Shown here piece after piece: positions 50,105-60,554 of a stretch of 64,000 nucleotides of DNA (positions are counted from its first letter, which is position 1; each line of letters opens with the position of its first letter). Source of the stretch: Candidatus Methanoperedenaceae archaeon (GTDB taxonomy: Archaea; Halobacteriota; Methanosarcinia; Methanosarcinales; Methanoperedenaceae). Made by a program: the position numbers and the translations under genes. The stretch lies in assembly GCA_963753595.1 (NCBI GenBank), contig CAVWCX010000007.1, positions 32,001-96,000 on the forward strand, in the 5' to 3' direction. The notes beneath the pieces are model-generated. The model had not been told where the DNA came from and searched no databases. It was given only the letters and a program-made list of their open reading frames with translations.

Positions 50105-52085
50105 TTAATTATCCTGGTATTTTGGCTTATAGAACAACACTACCCTGTATTCTGATGGCTCACGGTCCATCTTCCTGTATAATAAATAATCAATGGTTAT
50201 ATCTGACTCTTTGAACCAGTACCATGACATCTTTGCACTATCAAGCCTCTCATAATCCGTGCGAAGGTTTTGCTTTACGATATCAGCTTCACTTTGCGCC
50301 TCATCGCCCTGATGAGCGATTATCAACGGCGCGTCAAGAGTGGAATTGATATCGACTTTCCATTGAATATTATCGAAATGGCGCATGTACCAGAGGAACT
50401 GGGTTTCTAAATCCACATCGGTAAGCTGTATCTCTGTTGAATTACCCTCATACTGCGATGAAATTTCATTTATTTTATTCAAGAATAATGAAAATTTCTG
50501 GGGAGGCTGGGCAGCCTGGATAAGAGGTTCGGCTGTATCTGTATAACGCTTATAGTTCAATTCAATGCTTGAATATACAAAAAAAGACGATGTCAAAATA
50601 ATAATTACGACTGCAATGATACTTTTACGGGAATTCAAATCCAGTCCCCGAATAATTTCATTCAGATAGGTCGCTGCAATTAATGCAAGAGGAAGTAATG
50701 GATTGAGTACAAGCCATGGTACTTTTTCCTGGATATACGAATATACAAAGAAATTAGTTAATGCCCAATATGTCAGGAAAGCGACGAAAAGATTTTTTGA
50801 TCTCAATACATTCAAAATAGCAAATACCAGCAATGGTGATAAAACGATTATTGAAGCTGGCAGGTAAGATACTTGAAGGAACCTGCCCGATTCTGGATAT
50901 GTTTTTAATATGAGATAAAATATATCGACTATTATCCAGTAGCCTAGAAAAATCGTAAGTATCTTTCTTTTCTTATTATCGCAACAGCTATAATGTGCAA
51001 TTCCTAAAATCCCAAATATGAATATTGGAAGTTCATAGAGAGCTATGATCGGCAGGTAAAAAAAGAAAGGGCCGCCCTATACGTTCGATCTTGTGCATCT
51101 CATACCAGTGCAAAACCGCTTTCATGAAGGCATCTTTCATTCCCGGAAGGTCAAGGAAATTTCCTGTATAATACATTGAGAAAAAGACAATAAATATAAA
51201 AATAAAAAATAGCTTTTCTGTAAGCAAGATCAAAAATTTATTATCGGGATTTTTGATTTTCCCGATCAACCCGATGTACCATTTTTCCCTTATGGCGAAA
51301 AGAAACAGGAAAAAGAATATCAAAGCCATCATGATGTATGCGTTTTCTTTAAGCGCAGCCAGCGATGCAAGCGCCAGTGCCCCGATAACCATGTAAACAA
51401 TTCTCAATAACGGATATCTGCCAAAACTGAGAATAACAATAACTGATCCTATTAATGCAAATGTTACAAAATATAATCCTTTTAAGGTTAACAACGAAAC
51501 TACGCTGATGTATAAACCCGGTATGGTCCATATAAATGCCAGTATTAATATTATTAATATTGTTGAAATTAAATACGAATTCCTGATTGGTATGTTTTTA
51601 TCATTTGAATTATTCATTGAATAATTCTCAATAAATTTGATCGCACAAACAAATAATAATAGTGTAAAAAATGACATGAATATGTCTTCCCTGTAAAAAC
51701 GGGAATAATACAGGAACGATGGTGAGAATGCAAGGAAGAAAGCACAGGCCAGGATTCCGGTCTTCCCGGCATATTTCCTTAAGGGAAGTAAAAATAACAG
51801 CATGGCAGACCCCAGGATCGCAGGCAGGAAACGTGCCGAATAGTCATTATCCCCTATTTTTTTAAATATTTCAGTTGTCACATAATACATGAAAGGCCCA
51901 TGGAACGCGGGATCGTATGAATAGCTATGCTGGGTAAATAGCCTGTATGTAAAATAGCCTACAGCAGCCTCATCGTGATGAAATACTCTCTCATCAAGCC
52001 TGTAGAGTCTTAAGAAAAATGCAAGGGATAATATGATAAAAAAACCAATGTAATAAGCATAGTTTTTTTTATTCATCCGTCTCAT
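50105..52085 (-). pseudogene. Agl23/TIGR03663-like GT-C membrane protein split by a single +1 frameshift near 51076
   Basis: N-half HHDEA, YDPAFHGP, YYSRFYRED, KEN; C-half EKVPWL; removing one G gives a continuous frame (IGGPFFFYLP...YELP). Confidence 0.78.
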
Positions 52086-52139
52086 AATAGTTTAAACTTA
52101 TTCATAGCATTTATGGTTTTGAAAAAACATTCATGGTAC

Positions 52140-52412
52140 ATGCCAAAAATCAAGGTCAGGTTCTTTGCAAATTTCAGGGAATTCACAAAAACCAGTGAGC
52201 TTGGGGTTGAAGGAGATACTGTAGGAGAGGTACTTGAAAGGATTTGTAATAAGTTCCCGGGTTTGGATAAGATTTTATTCACGAATGGAAAATTACAGCC
52301 GTATGTCAATATATTTCTTAATGGGGAAAATGTTCCTGGATCAGACGGATTGGATAAATCCCTGCACCAGGGTGATGAGATCGCTATTTTCCCTCCTGTG
52401 TCGGGTGGATGA
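52140..52412 (+). CDS. Ubiquitin-like small archaeal modifier / MoaD-ThiS sulfur carrier
   Basis: VRFFANFRE and C-terminal FPPVSGG. Confidence 0.93.
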   Translation: MPKIKVRFFANFREFTKTSELGVEGDTVGEVLERICNKFPGLDKILFTNGKLQPYVNIFLNGENVPGSDGLDKSLHQGDEIAIFPPVSGG

Positions 52413-53590
52413 TGTTCAAGAAAAGAATAGACGCTGATAAAGCAAAGGAATTATTTCTCAATTCATTTGCGCCTATTTCACAAATAGAGAACTTGCCCAT
52501 CGAAGAGTGTGATGGAAGGATAATTGCAGAAAATATTATCGCAAGTATTGACGTGCCGCATTACCGGAGGGCAGCCATGGATGGATTTGCGGTCATGGCA
52601 TCTGAAACGCTTGGGGCAGGCACAGGTTCACCTGTTATACTCAGATTAACAAATATTATGGAGAAAGGCGCATGCGTGAGGGTACATACCGGTTCAGCGA
52701 TGCCGGAAAAGTCAAATGCTGTCGTTATGATGGAAGATACTGTATTGAGCGGCGATAAGGTAGAGATATTTGCACAGATCCATCCGTTCAAAAACGTTGG
52801 AGCAATAGGAGAGGATGTACAAAAAGGTGAAATTATTTTAGAAAGGGGACGCCTGCTTCGTCCCTGTGATATCGCTGTTCTTGCATCCCTTGGTATTGGG
52901 AATATCAAGGTTTTTAAAAAGCCTCTTGTTGTTGTTATTCCAACTGGTGAGGAACTTGTGCCCAGATATAAGAAAAACCCGGGAGATGGAGAGGTCTATG
53001 AAACGAATGGATTGATGTCTGCCATGTATATACGAAAATGGGGCGGCATCCCGCGCCTGCTTGATATTGTGACTGATTCTCCTGATAAAATAAAAGAAGC
53101 TATTACATCAAACATTGATGCAGATATGATTATAACAAGCGGCGGGACTTCAGTGGGAAAACGCGATTTTGTTCCGGCAGTTGTTGGATCACTTGGAAAA
53201 CTCCTCGTCCATGGTGTCGGGATCAGTCCCGGGAAACCTACAGCCCTTGGAATTATCAATGGCAAGCCTGTTTTATGCATGCCTGGATATCCTGTGGCAG
53301 GCATAGTGGCGCTTTTTTTTTATGGAAAGGCAGCTTTTCGAAAGCTCGGGCATATTCCTGATATGCCTGAAAGGATCGTTTTGGCAAAGCTTTCTGGAAA
53401 GATAGCGGGAAGAACCGGTTATAAAACATTTGCCCGTGTAAAGATCGATAATGGCAGCGCAATCCCACTTGCAACAACTGGAGCCGGGATTTTAAGTTCA
53501 GTTTCTAAAGCTGATGGTTTTGTGATAATTCCGGAAAATATCGAAGGACGAAATGCTGGCGAGCAAGTGGAAGTAGTGTTAATTGAATGA
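52409..53590 (+). CDS. moeA: Molybdopterin molybdenumtransferase
   Basis: RAAMDGFAV, TGEEL, SGGTSVG, PGKPT, PGYP. Confidence 0.93.
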   Translation: MMFKKRIDADKAKELFLNSFAPISQIENLPIEECDGRIIAENIIASIDVPHYRRAAMDGFAVMASETLGAGTGSPVILRLTNIMEKGACVRVHTGSAMPEKSNAVVMMEDTVLSGDKVEIFAQIHPFKNVGAIGEDVQKGEIILERGRLLRPCDIAVLASLGIGNIKVFKKPLVVVIPTGEELVPRYKKNPGDGEVYETNGLMSAMYIRKWGGIPRLLDIVTDSPDKIKEAITSNIDADMIITSGGTSVGKRDFVPAVVGSLGKLLVHGVGISPGKPTALGIINGKPVLCMPGYPVAGIVALFFYGKAAFRKLGHIPDMPERIVLAKLSGKIAGRTGYKTFARVKIDNGSAIPLATTGAGILSSVSKADGFVIIPENIEGRNAGEQVEVVLIE

Positions 53591-53784
53591 TTATTTTGTC
53601 ATTATAATAATCATTTTTTAATCAAATAGGTATATTAGTTATGATAGTTATTATACGTATGAGCAGGCAAAATTTATTAATAACTCATTAATATTTTATT
53701 ACCCATCCTATCCACCGCCTGCTCTATCCTATCTTTTTTTTCAATTGACATTATCCAGATATATTTGATCGATGATATTAGAAT

Positions 53785-53832
53785 AATGGGCAGGTTGGGG
53801 GTGGTGGTATTTAAAAAAAATTCCTGCCCATT
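53785..53832. repeat. Stem-loop with G-rich loop between convergent genes
   Basis: AATGGGCAGG ... CCTGCCCATT. Confidence 0.5.
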
Positions 53833-53884
53833 GTTTTCCTACAGACACACATAATATTTAAAATATTCGACGACTCACAATGAC

Positions 53885-54691
53885 TTATTCGTTATTCAAA
53901 CCTGAAAGAATCTTCTTTCCTGCCCGTACATCTTCAACAGAGAACACCTCAAGATTATACACACCTTTAAACCTGAGTTCTTTCAAAACAGAAAAATCAA
54001 TAACTCCTGTTCCGGGCGCACTATGATGATCGCCCCAGAATTTCTCTGTCAAAAAACCCTGGTTATCGTGGATATGAACATGCTCCACATGATTTTTTAA
54101 TTCCTTTGCAAATTCCCGCAGTTTCTCCTGGTTTCCTCCGCACGTCAGGTTGGCGTGACCGATATCAAACGTAGCCCTCAAATTAGGAGAACCTGTCTCT
54201 TCGATAGCTTTTATCAATTCATTCGCGCTGATACACAGGTTATCCGGGTCAGTCCCTTCCTTATTTTCAAGTCCAAGTATAACATTCGCATCTTCGGCAA
54301 ATTTCGAAAGGCGGGACAATCCTTCAATCATGTTCCCAAATGCCCTCTCTTTATTACCATTTATCCTTCCCGGATGAATGACCACAACTCCCGACCCAAG
54401 AGCAACTGCTATCATGATACTTTCTTTCATGAGTTTCTCTGTTTTATCAGTCAACACGGCGGTATCAACAACAAGTTCGTGCGGATAATTTGGCACGTCG
54501 CTAAAATAAGGAGCATGGATAGAAGTTGACAGATCATATGATGAAAGCGTGTCTTTTAATTTGTATATCCGGGATTTGATCAGTTTTGTCCCTTCGTAAA
54601 CTTCAAGTTTAGGTATATAGAGCTCTATCGAATCAACTTCAGACTCCAATTCAGGAAGTGTTCCTGCAAACGATGATGCTCCAATTATCAT
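53885..54691 (-). CDS. Sugar phosphate isomerase/epimerase (AP endonuclease 2 TIM barrel)
   Basis: SIHAP, VIHPG, LEN, FDIGHA, HIHDN. Confidence 0.85.
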   Translation of the reverse strand: MIIGASSFAGTLPELESEVDSIELYIPKLEVYEGTKLIKSRIYKLKDTLSSYDLSTSIHAPYFSDVPNYPHELVVDTAVLTDKTEKLMKESIMIAVALGSGVVVIHPGRINGNKERAFGNMIEGLSRLSKFAEDANVILGLENKEGTDPDNLCISANELIKAIEETGSPNLRATFDIGHANLTCGGNQEKLREFAKELKNHVEHVHIHDNQGFLTEKFWGDHHSAPGTGVIDFSVLKELRFKGVYNLEVFSVEDVRAGKKILSGLNNE

Positions 54692-54697
54692 TTTACA

Positions 54698-55402
54698 TTA
54701 TTTCTTGTTGATTTGGGCTTTTAATTTTTCAACAAGCTCTTTCTTTATTGAAGAATTGCGGTCTCCGCCGCATACGCAACCCCTGACCCCTATAATATCA
54801 GGGGAAATTCTTTTTAATGCCGGGATATCTTCGAATTTGATCGTGCCTGCAAGGGCTGTCAGGAGCCCATGGTCTCTTGAATTTGAAACGAAACTTTTGA
54901 GTTCTTCGTCAGTCAGGAATTCAAAAGTGGAACGTCCATCCTTGATACCCGTATCCATCATCACTACATCAACACCTGCTTTTTCACCGATCGCTGGCAG
55001 TTCAAATGGTGAGATGGAGTTAATTCGCTTGTAATCGGAATAACCTGAAGCCACTACGAACTTATTTTTGTCATATTCCTTTACCGAACGGACGATATTT
55101 GTAAGCATGTCCAGGGCTTGCTCCCTGGTCTGGATATCGAATAATCCGACTTTGACATAATCAGCGCCCGCCACAGCCGCACCCAGCGCTGCGAGTGATG
55201 CTGTCCCAGGCTTATAATTAAAATCCCCTATCGTTGCGCTCACTGGTACAACACCCGCTTCGTTTTTCACAGCTTTTATCATCCATGGGAAATTAGCGCC
55301 AAGTGAGCCTTCTTTCGGGTTCTTTACATCTATGATATCAGCTCCGCCTGATTTGCAGATTTTCGCTTCTTCAACATTGATTGGGCTTACAAGTAACTTC
55401 AT
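54698..55402 (-). CDS. mfnB: (5-formylfuran-3-yl)methyl phosphate synthase (methanofuran biosynthesis)
   Basis: MKLLVSP, DVKNPKEGSLGA, SATIGD, YVKVG, DTGIKDG, GVRG. Confidence 0.92.
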   Translation of the reverse strand: MKLLVSPINVEEAKICKSGGADIIDVKNPKEGSLGANFPWMIKAVKNEAGVVPVSATIGDFNYKPGTASLAALGAAVAGADYVKVGLFDIQTREQALDMLTNIVRSVKEYDKNKFVVASGYSDYKRINSISPFELPAIGEKAGVDVVMMDTGIKDGRSTFEFLTDEELKSFVSNSRDHGLLTALAGTIKFEDIPALKRISPDIIGVRGCVCGGDRNSSIKKELVEKLKAQINKK

Positions 55403-55436
55403 AATCATTAAATCAAATTGATGCACTTATACATCT

Positions 55437-56132
55437 ATGTTTCGAATTATTTTTGTATTGGACATACTTAATGGTATTGTAGTGCACGCTGTGAGGGGTG
55501 AACGGGCAAAATACAGGCCTGTAGAAAATAGCCGGATCTCTGATTCATCAGATCCGCTTGATATGATTTGTAAAATTGGGCCTTCCCAGGTATATATTGC
55601 CGATCTTGACCATATCCAGGGCTTCGGGGATAATTTTGGGGTAATAGAAAAAATCTCCCGGGAAACAAACACTATGGTGGATATTGGCGTAAAAAATATG
55701 GATGATGTCCGTAAATGTGCAAGTATTGCAGATACGGTTATCATTGGGACTGAAACCGCTTCATTGGATATCATTGAAAAAGCATCTATCGAATTTCCAG
55801 GCCGTATCAATGTGAGTATAGATATGAAAAATGGGGTCGTGCTTACAAAAGACCGTAATATGGATGTGCCGCCAGAAGAACTTATCAGGAAACTGAATGA
55901 ATTTGACCTGAAGGATATTATCATACTGGATCTGGGTAAAGTAGGAACAAGTACCGGGATAAATACGGATTTATTAAAGGAAATGGCTGGAATATCAGAA
56001 CACAAAATCCTTGTTGGCGGCGGAATAAAAGATATTGATGATATCGTTGTCCTGAAAGAATTGGGCATCGATGGCGCACTTGTGGCCACTGCTGTGCATA
56101 ATGGAAAAATACCGATAGAACTTATTCATTAA
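55437..56132 (+). CDS. HisA/HisF-related TIM-barrel protein
   Basis: VVHAVRGER.KY.P, YIADLD, GTET, VGGGI; divergent from mfnB. Confidence 0.85.
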   Translation: MFRIIFVLDILNGIVVHAVRGERAKYRPVENSRISDSSDPLDMICKIGPSQVYIADLDHIQGFGDNFGVIEKISRETNTMVDIGVKNMDDVRKCASIADTVIIGTETASLDIIEKASIEFPGRINVSIDMKNGVVLTKDRNMDVPPEELIRKLNEFDLKDIIILDLGKVGTSTGINTDLLKEMAGISEHKILVGGGIKDIDDIVVLKELGIDGALVATAVHNGKIPIELIH

Positions 56133-56137
56133 AGAAT

Positions 56138-56503
56138 TCATTCATTGAAACACACTTTTCTATACCCGCACCCGGTACAAAATTGAGCTTTCCATTCTTC
56201 CAGAATATCGGGCAATATTGCAGAGATCATTTTCCAGTCAACGATCTCACCGGGCACGAACCCCAGCAGTCTTAGCGCTTCTTTGTCCTGGAGCAGTATC
56301 ATTTTATCCGTATATTCGTGGCTCACGCATTTTTCATCTTTAAGATGCGGGCATTTCGCGCATACCTCATCCGGTCCTGATACTATTTCCGCTTTTTCTT
56401 TCTTGAGGATTTCAAAGATATTTTTGATAAAATCTTCCGAGTAGCCTTCACCCTTGAAGAAATTAAGGCATATGAGATGATGCCCGCGAAGTTTTGATTT
56501 CAT
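56138..56503 (-). CDS. DUF1284 family Cys-rich protein
   Basis: LRGHHLIC..F.GEGYS..F, D.VC.KCP, C..C. Confidence 0.85.
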   Translation of the reverse strand: MKSKLRGHHLICLNFFKGEGYSEDFIKNIFEILKKEKAEIVSGPDEVCAKCPHLKDEKCVSHEYTDKMILLQDKEALRLLGFVPGEIVDWKMISAILPDILEEWKAQFCTGCGYRKVCFNE

Positions 56504-56940
56504 AGATTCTCTCCCATAACTTCAACAGGCGTCATCACTTCCTTGTTTATGTCATAATCAGATGGATTCCATGTAATAAGGGCATCCCCATACTGTTCTG
56601 TATGCGCCCCAATAACAAAATCTGGCAGTATGCGCTTTAACGAGCGTTTATTTTTCAACAGGGTTTTTACATAAAGCTCACCTGATCTTTTTGCGATCTT
56701 TGAGGTTGTATATTTGACTTCAATATTGTTTACTGCTAAGAATCGTTGCAACCTCTTCTCTTCTTTTGCTGAATCGTTAGATAGATAAACTCCGGTAAAA
56801 AGTTCGGCATATTCTATATCAGCTATATACATCTCATGCCCTGCGTCTTTCACCCATGCAAAAAAACTGTCTGTATCATTTGAAAATTTGTCCCCTTTGA
56901 AATGACTTATGATGATATTTGTATCAAGTGAATATTTCAT
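56500..56940 (-). CDS. PIN-domain toxin (VapC-like)
   Basis: LDTN, YAEL, LPDFVIGAH, LITWN. Confidence 0.88.
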   Translation of the reverse strand: MKYSLDTNIIISHFKGDKFSNDTDSFFAWVKDAGHEMYIADIEYAELFTGVYLSNDSAKEEKRLQRFLAVNNIEVKYTTSKIAKRSGELYVKTLLKNKRSLKRILPDFVIGAHTEQYGDALITWNPSDYDINKEVMTPVEVMGENL

Positions 56941-57182
56941 TTCTTTCCACGCATCCAGTTCACTATTTCAACTGCATCGTCAATTTCTTCAAACACAGGA
57001 TATTTGCGCCATGCTCCCAAGGTCTCTTTCATGACTTTATTCCAGTTCTGATCAATTTTTTCTACCTGGATTTTTCCGCGCTTATAAGAGATATCCAGGA
57101 TATCGCCGACTGAAATCTTAGCCCTTTTACGGATTTCTTCAGGAATCGTAATTTGATGTCTTCTTCCAACTTTTGTTTTCAT
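56937..57182 (-). CDS. AbrB/MazE-type antitoxin
   Basis: KVGRRHQITIPEEIR...I.VGD.L. Confidence 0.88.
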   Translation of the reverse strand: MKTKVGRRHQITIPEEIRKRAKISVGDILDISYKRGKIQVEKIDQNWNKVMKETLGAWRKYPVFEEIDDAVEIVNWMRGKK

Positions 57183-57404
57183 CTTTTCACAATAATCTTA
57201 TTGAATGCATAGGAATATATAAGTTATTCAGCTTTAATTTTTCTCTTCCCCGTCAACATCTAAAGAAGAAACAACATTCATTCATTTGATGAATGAAAAA
57301 AGAGAAACCCAGAAGAATATAAAGAGGCGTCAAATTTTTCAATAAAAATATAGCAGATGCCATTTATGGCATCCGCAATTTATTCGATCATTCCATGTTT
57401 TTTT

Positions 57405-59585
57405 TCAATTCCATCCATACTGATCGTACAGGTTCTTTGAGAATGGCAGGTCGATGCTGTTTATTTCGCTGATATCTTTAAGATCGTTCATCATGATCTT
57501 TCTTGCCGATATCGTGTAAAGCACATCATCCATGAACAATGACCTGCGAACGGCGCCGGGTGAGCCCCAGTAATAATACTGCTCCTCGAAATCATCAAAG
57601 TGCGATATCCTGCCTTTGAGTTTGAACCCGTTAAGGGTAATGTCGAAGACATAAGCCCCCTGCCATACTCGTTGCGTATAATAGCCGTACCTGTTGTCAT
57701 ATTGCTCTTTTCCAGTGACTTCTCTTACAGGTATCACAAGCAGGTTCTTCTTTTTATCAAACAGGAATGCCTTATGGTCACGAAGCGCCTCGGAATCTGT
57801 TCCTGCTGTTCCGATTTCATAAGTATCGATCTGTTTTGGATTATTGACATCTGTTACATCGAACAGTGAGAGTTTCACTCCTTTTATCGATACTCCACCC
57901 CATTCATTCTCAGCAGTTTCCTTACCCACCCCGATTATATGATTTTCATCATATAGGTGCAGATAATCTGAGAATCCCGGGATCTTAAGCTGCCCAAGAA
58001 CTTGCGGTTTAGTGGGATCTGCAAGGTCTATCACGAACAGCGGGTCCATTCTCTTGAATGTTACCATGTAGAGCCTGTTCCCGATAAATCGCGTGGAGTA
58101 AATTCTTTCATCCTGGGCGATCTTTTCCAGCTTCCCTGTGATTTTAAGGTCTTTATCCAGGACATACACATTATTGTACTGGATATTGCTGTTCATGGTC
58201 CAGAACTGTGAAGTTGTAGCGACCCTGAAATAATCCCCTGATTCATCCATGGAGAACTGGTTCAGAAGGTTTCCCGGTACTTCGCCTTTTGTCTTATATT
58301 CGATAGCGCCATTATCGATGCTTATTTTCTGGATGACCGTCTTTTCCCTTTCCTGTGCAAGTTTTATTTCAAATTCATTAACTGCATTCTGGACATCATC
58401 CTGGTATTTTTGTTTTTCTTTTTCCGTCATCCGGTTAAAAGTATCTTCCAGAATGGATGATATCTGATCCCACTTTTCATGCTGGCCAAGGTTACTGTTC
58501 TTTATCCCGTTTATCTTATCCCGGGCTTCCTGTGGAAGCAAAGGCAAAACCACCTCATAGAACCGTTCCTCACGCTGCGCTTCATAATACAATACAGGCA
58601 TATTCTTCATGTAAGTGATGTAAATATTATTCTGGGAAACATACAAATTGTCAGAATAACCCATCATGAAGGTTTTCGCATTGATGCTATCTGGTTTTTT
58701 AATATTTATAGAGGCGATCGTATGGAAAACATAATTCTGTTCCGGATTATCAAAGTAATATACATCAGGAGCCATGATCCTGGCTGAACCTTTCCTGATG
58801 GCAGGCATATCCACAAAATCATTGTAATAATAAACCGTATCTTTTGCAATGAAATATACATTATCCCCGATCATCCTTGACTGGAAATAATTGCCGCTGA
58901 TGCTGTAATTCACCACTTCCTCCGGATTTTTCCTGTTTGAGATATCATATACCAGGGCTACTGTTTTCATAGTGTCCCTTGGCCTTGGCATATAATCATA
59001 TTCCGGAATACCATAAACAGTGTCGGTATCTTCCAGAAAGACCAGGAGCCTGTCATCATTCACGAATATATCCTTTGGTCTTCCCTCGATCAATGTAGAT
59101 GAAAGGATTTTTGCATCAGATGCAGGAAATGCATCAAGTATAACAAGCTTGTTCTGCGCGATTACGTATATGTATTTTCCGTCATTCTTTACAAAATCAG
59201 CTTCATCTACACCTTCAACCTGGATATTTGTAGTTGAGTAATCTGCTGCCATGTCACCTGATGGCGCCGGACTGCTGGAAGTTACAGCATTTGCAGTTTT
59301 TGGCATTGCTGCCACAGGCATGGCCACCGTTGCTGATTCAGATATGCCCATAAAACTTTTTCCACCAAAACCATCAAATGCACCTGTACTTTGCATGCTT
59401 CTCAGGTATTCCCGCAATTCGTATGCGGATGAGAATTTCTTTAATCCTTGAGTTGACTCAAGGGTTGTGGTGGCTGTAACGTTTCCCGTATCTTTGTCTA
59501 TTGTTTTTGCGTCCTGCTGGACGCACCCGCTAAAGATCGCAATGCTTATCATTGTTAATATCAAAATCGCTGTACTTTTGTTCAA
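57405..59585 (-). CDS. Secreted beta-propeller domain lipoprotein
   Basis: Lipobox FSGC, YSTTNIQVEGVDEAD.VK.DG, NQFSMDE, DPLFVIDL, LKIPGFSDYLH. Confidence 0.88.
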   Translation of the reverse strand: MNKSTAILILTMISIAIFSGCVQQDAKTIDKDTGNVTATTTLESTQGLKKFSSAYELREYLRSMQSTGAFDGFGGKSFMGISESATVAMPVAAMPKTANAVTSSSPAPSGDMAADYSTTNIQVEGVDEADFVKNDGKYIYVIAQNKLVILDAFPASDAKILSSTLIEGRPKDIFVNDDRLLVFLEDTDTVYGIPEYDYMPRPRDTMKTVALVYDISNRKNPEEVVNYSISGNYFQSRMIGDNVYFIAKDTVYYYNDFVDMPAIRKGSARIMAPDVYYFDNPEQNYVFHTIASINIKKPDSINAKTFMMGYSDNLYVSQNNIYITYMKNMPVLYYEAQREERFYEVVLPLLPQEARDKINGIKNSNLGQHEKWDQISSILEDTFNRMTEKEKQKYQDDVQNAVNEFEIKLAQEREKTVIQKISIDNGAIEYKTKGEVPGNLLNQFSMDESGDYFRVATTSQFWTMNSNIQYNNVYVLDKDLKITGKLEKIAQDERIYSTRFIGNRLYMVTFKRMDPLFVIDLADPTKPQVLGQLKIPGFSDYLHLYDENHIIGVGKETAENEWGGVSIKGVKLSLFDVTDVNNPKQIDTYEIGTAGTDSEALRDHKAFLFDKKKNLLVIPVREVTGKEQYDNRYGYYTQRVWQGAYVFDITLNGFKLKGRISHFDDFEEQYYYWGSPGAVRRSLFMDDVLYTISARKIMMNDLKDISEINSIDLPFSKNLYDQYGWN

Positions 59586-59825
59586 ATGCTATCACCTGTT
59601 TGATAATATCGGCCCGCATAATGATAAATATATCTTTAACTTCGAATTGAATTGGAGTTATTTTTCACTGAAATTTTCCAGTGGAAACAAAGGGGTTTAT
59701 GATGCTTATTATCATTATCATATTATGGGTTTTTCAGGCATCAATTAAAAAATGAACGGATCAAAGTGTATGCAGCAATTTATTGTACAGATATTTTTTT
59801 GTATATCTTATGAAATACAAGGAAT

Positions 59826-60482
59826 ATGCGTTTTGACCTGCATATCCATTCAAACTTTTCCTCTGACAGCGGATTGACTGTCGATGACATCCTGAAAAGG
59901 GCCGTGAAAAAGGACCTTGACGGGATCGCAATATGCGACCACAATTCAGTAATGGGGAATTTTCTTGCCCGCAAGCGTGCAAAGGATCTGGATCTTCCAT
60001 TGTTGGTTATTCCCGGGGTAGAAGTCTCAACTACGCAAGGCCATCTTATCGTACTGGGGGCAAGGGGAAACATCCCCCCGAATCTATCCCCGCAGGAGAC
60101 GATCAGTATTGCAAGACAACTTGGAGGCGTTATAATAGCAGCGCATCCTTTTAAGATAAGGAGCCTGGGTGATGTGAAAGGGCTTGATGTTGATGCCATC
60201 GAGACATTCAATTCAAGATGTATATTCGGGGAGAATAAAAAAGCCGAAAAAATGGCATTGGAATTGGGAAAACCGCAAGTGGGAGGAAGTGATTCCCACA
60301 TGCTTACAACGATCGGGATAGGATATACGGAAATAGACGCAGAGCCTTATGTGGAATCAGTATTGAAAGCCATCAGGGAAGGGAAAACCCGTCCGGGTGG
60401 GAGGATCGCTCCTTTATATGTAGTAATATTCCAGGTAATGCGGGGGGTTTTACGGCGCATAAAGACAAGAGTATCCCATTAG
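59826..60482 (+). CDS. PHP-domain phosphoesterase
   Basis: DLHIHS, CDHN, GVEVS, AHP, GGSDSH. Confidence 0.92.
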   Translation: MRFDLHIHSNFSSDSGLTVDDILKRAVKKDLDGIAICDHNSVMGNFLARKRAKDLDLPLLVIPGVEVSTTQGHLIVLGARGNIPPNLSPQETISIARQLGGVIIAAHPFKIRSLGDVKGLDVDAIETFNSRCIFGENKKAEKMALELGKPQVGGSDSHMLTTIGIGYTEIDAEPYVESVLKAIREGKTRPGGRIAPLYVVIFQVMRGVLRRIKTRVSH

Positions 60483-60554
60483 AAGCTCAATAGAATCCTT
60501 TTGTATTATCCATGGAAAGAGTTTTTATAATGTTTAACCAATATAAGAGACGCA

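Noticed and set aside
57275-57375. Small hairpins after the beta-propeller gene
   Set aside because: Consistent with an ordinary terminator or TA operator; nothing distinctive
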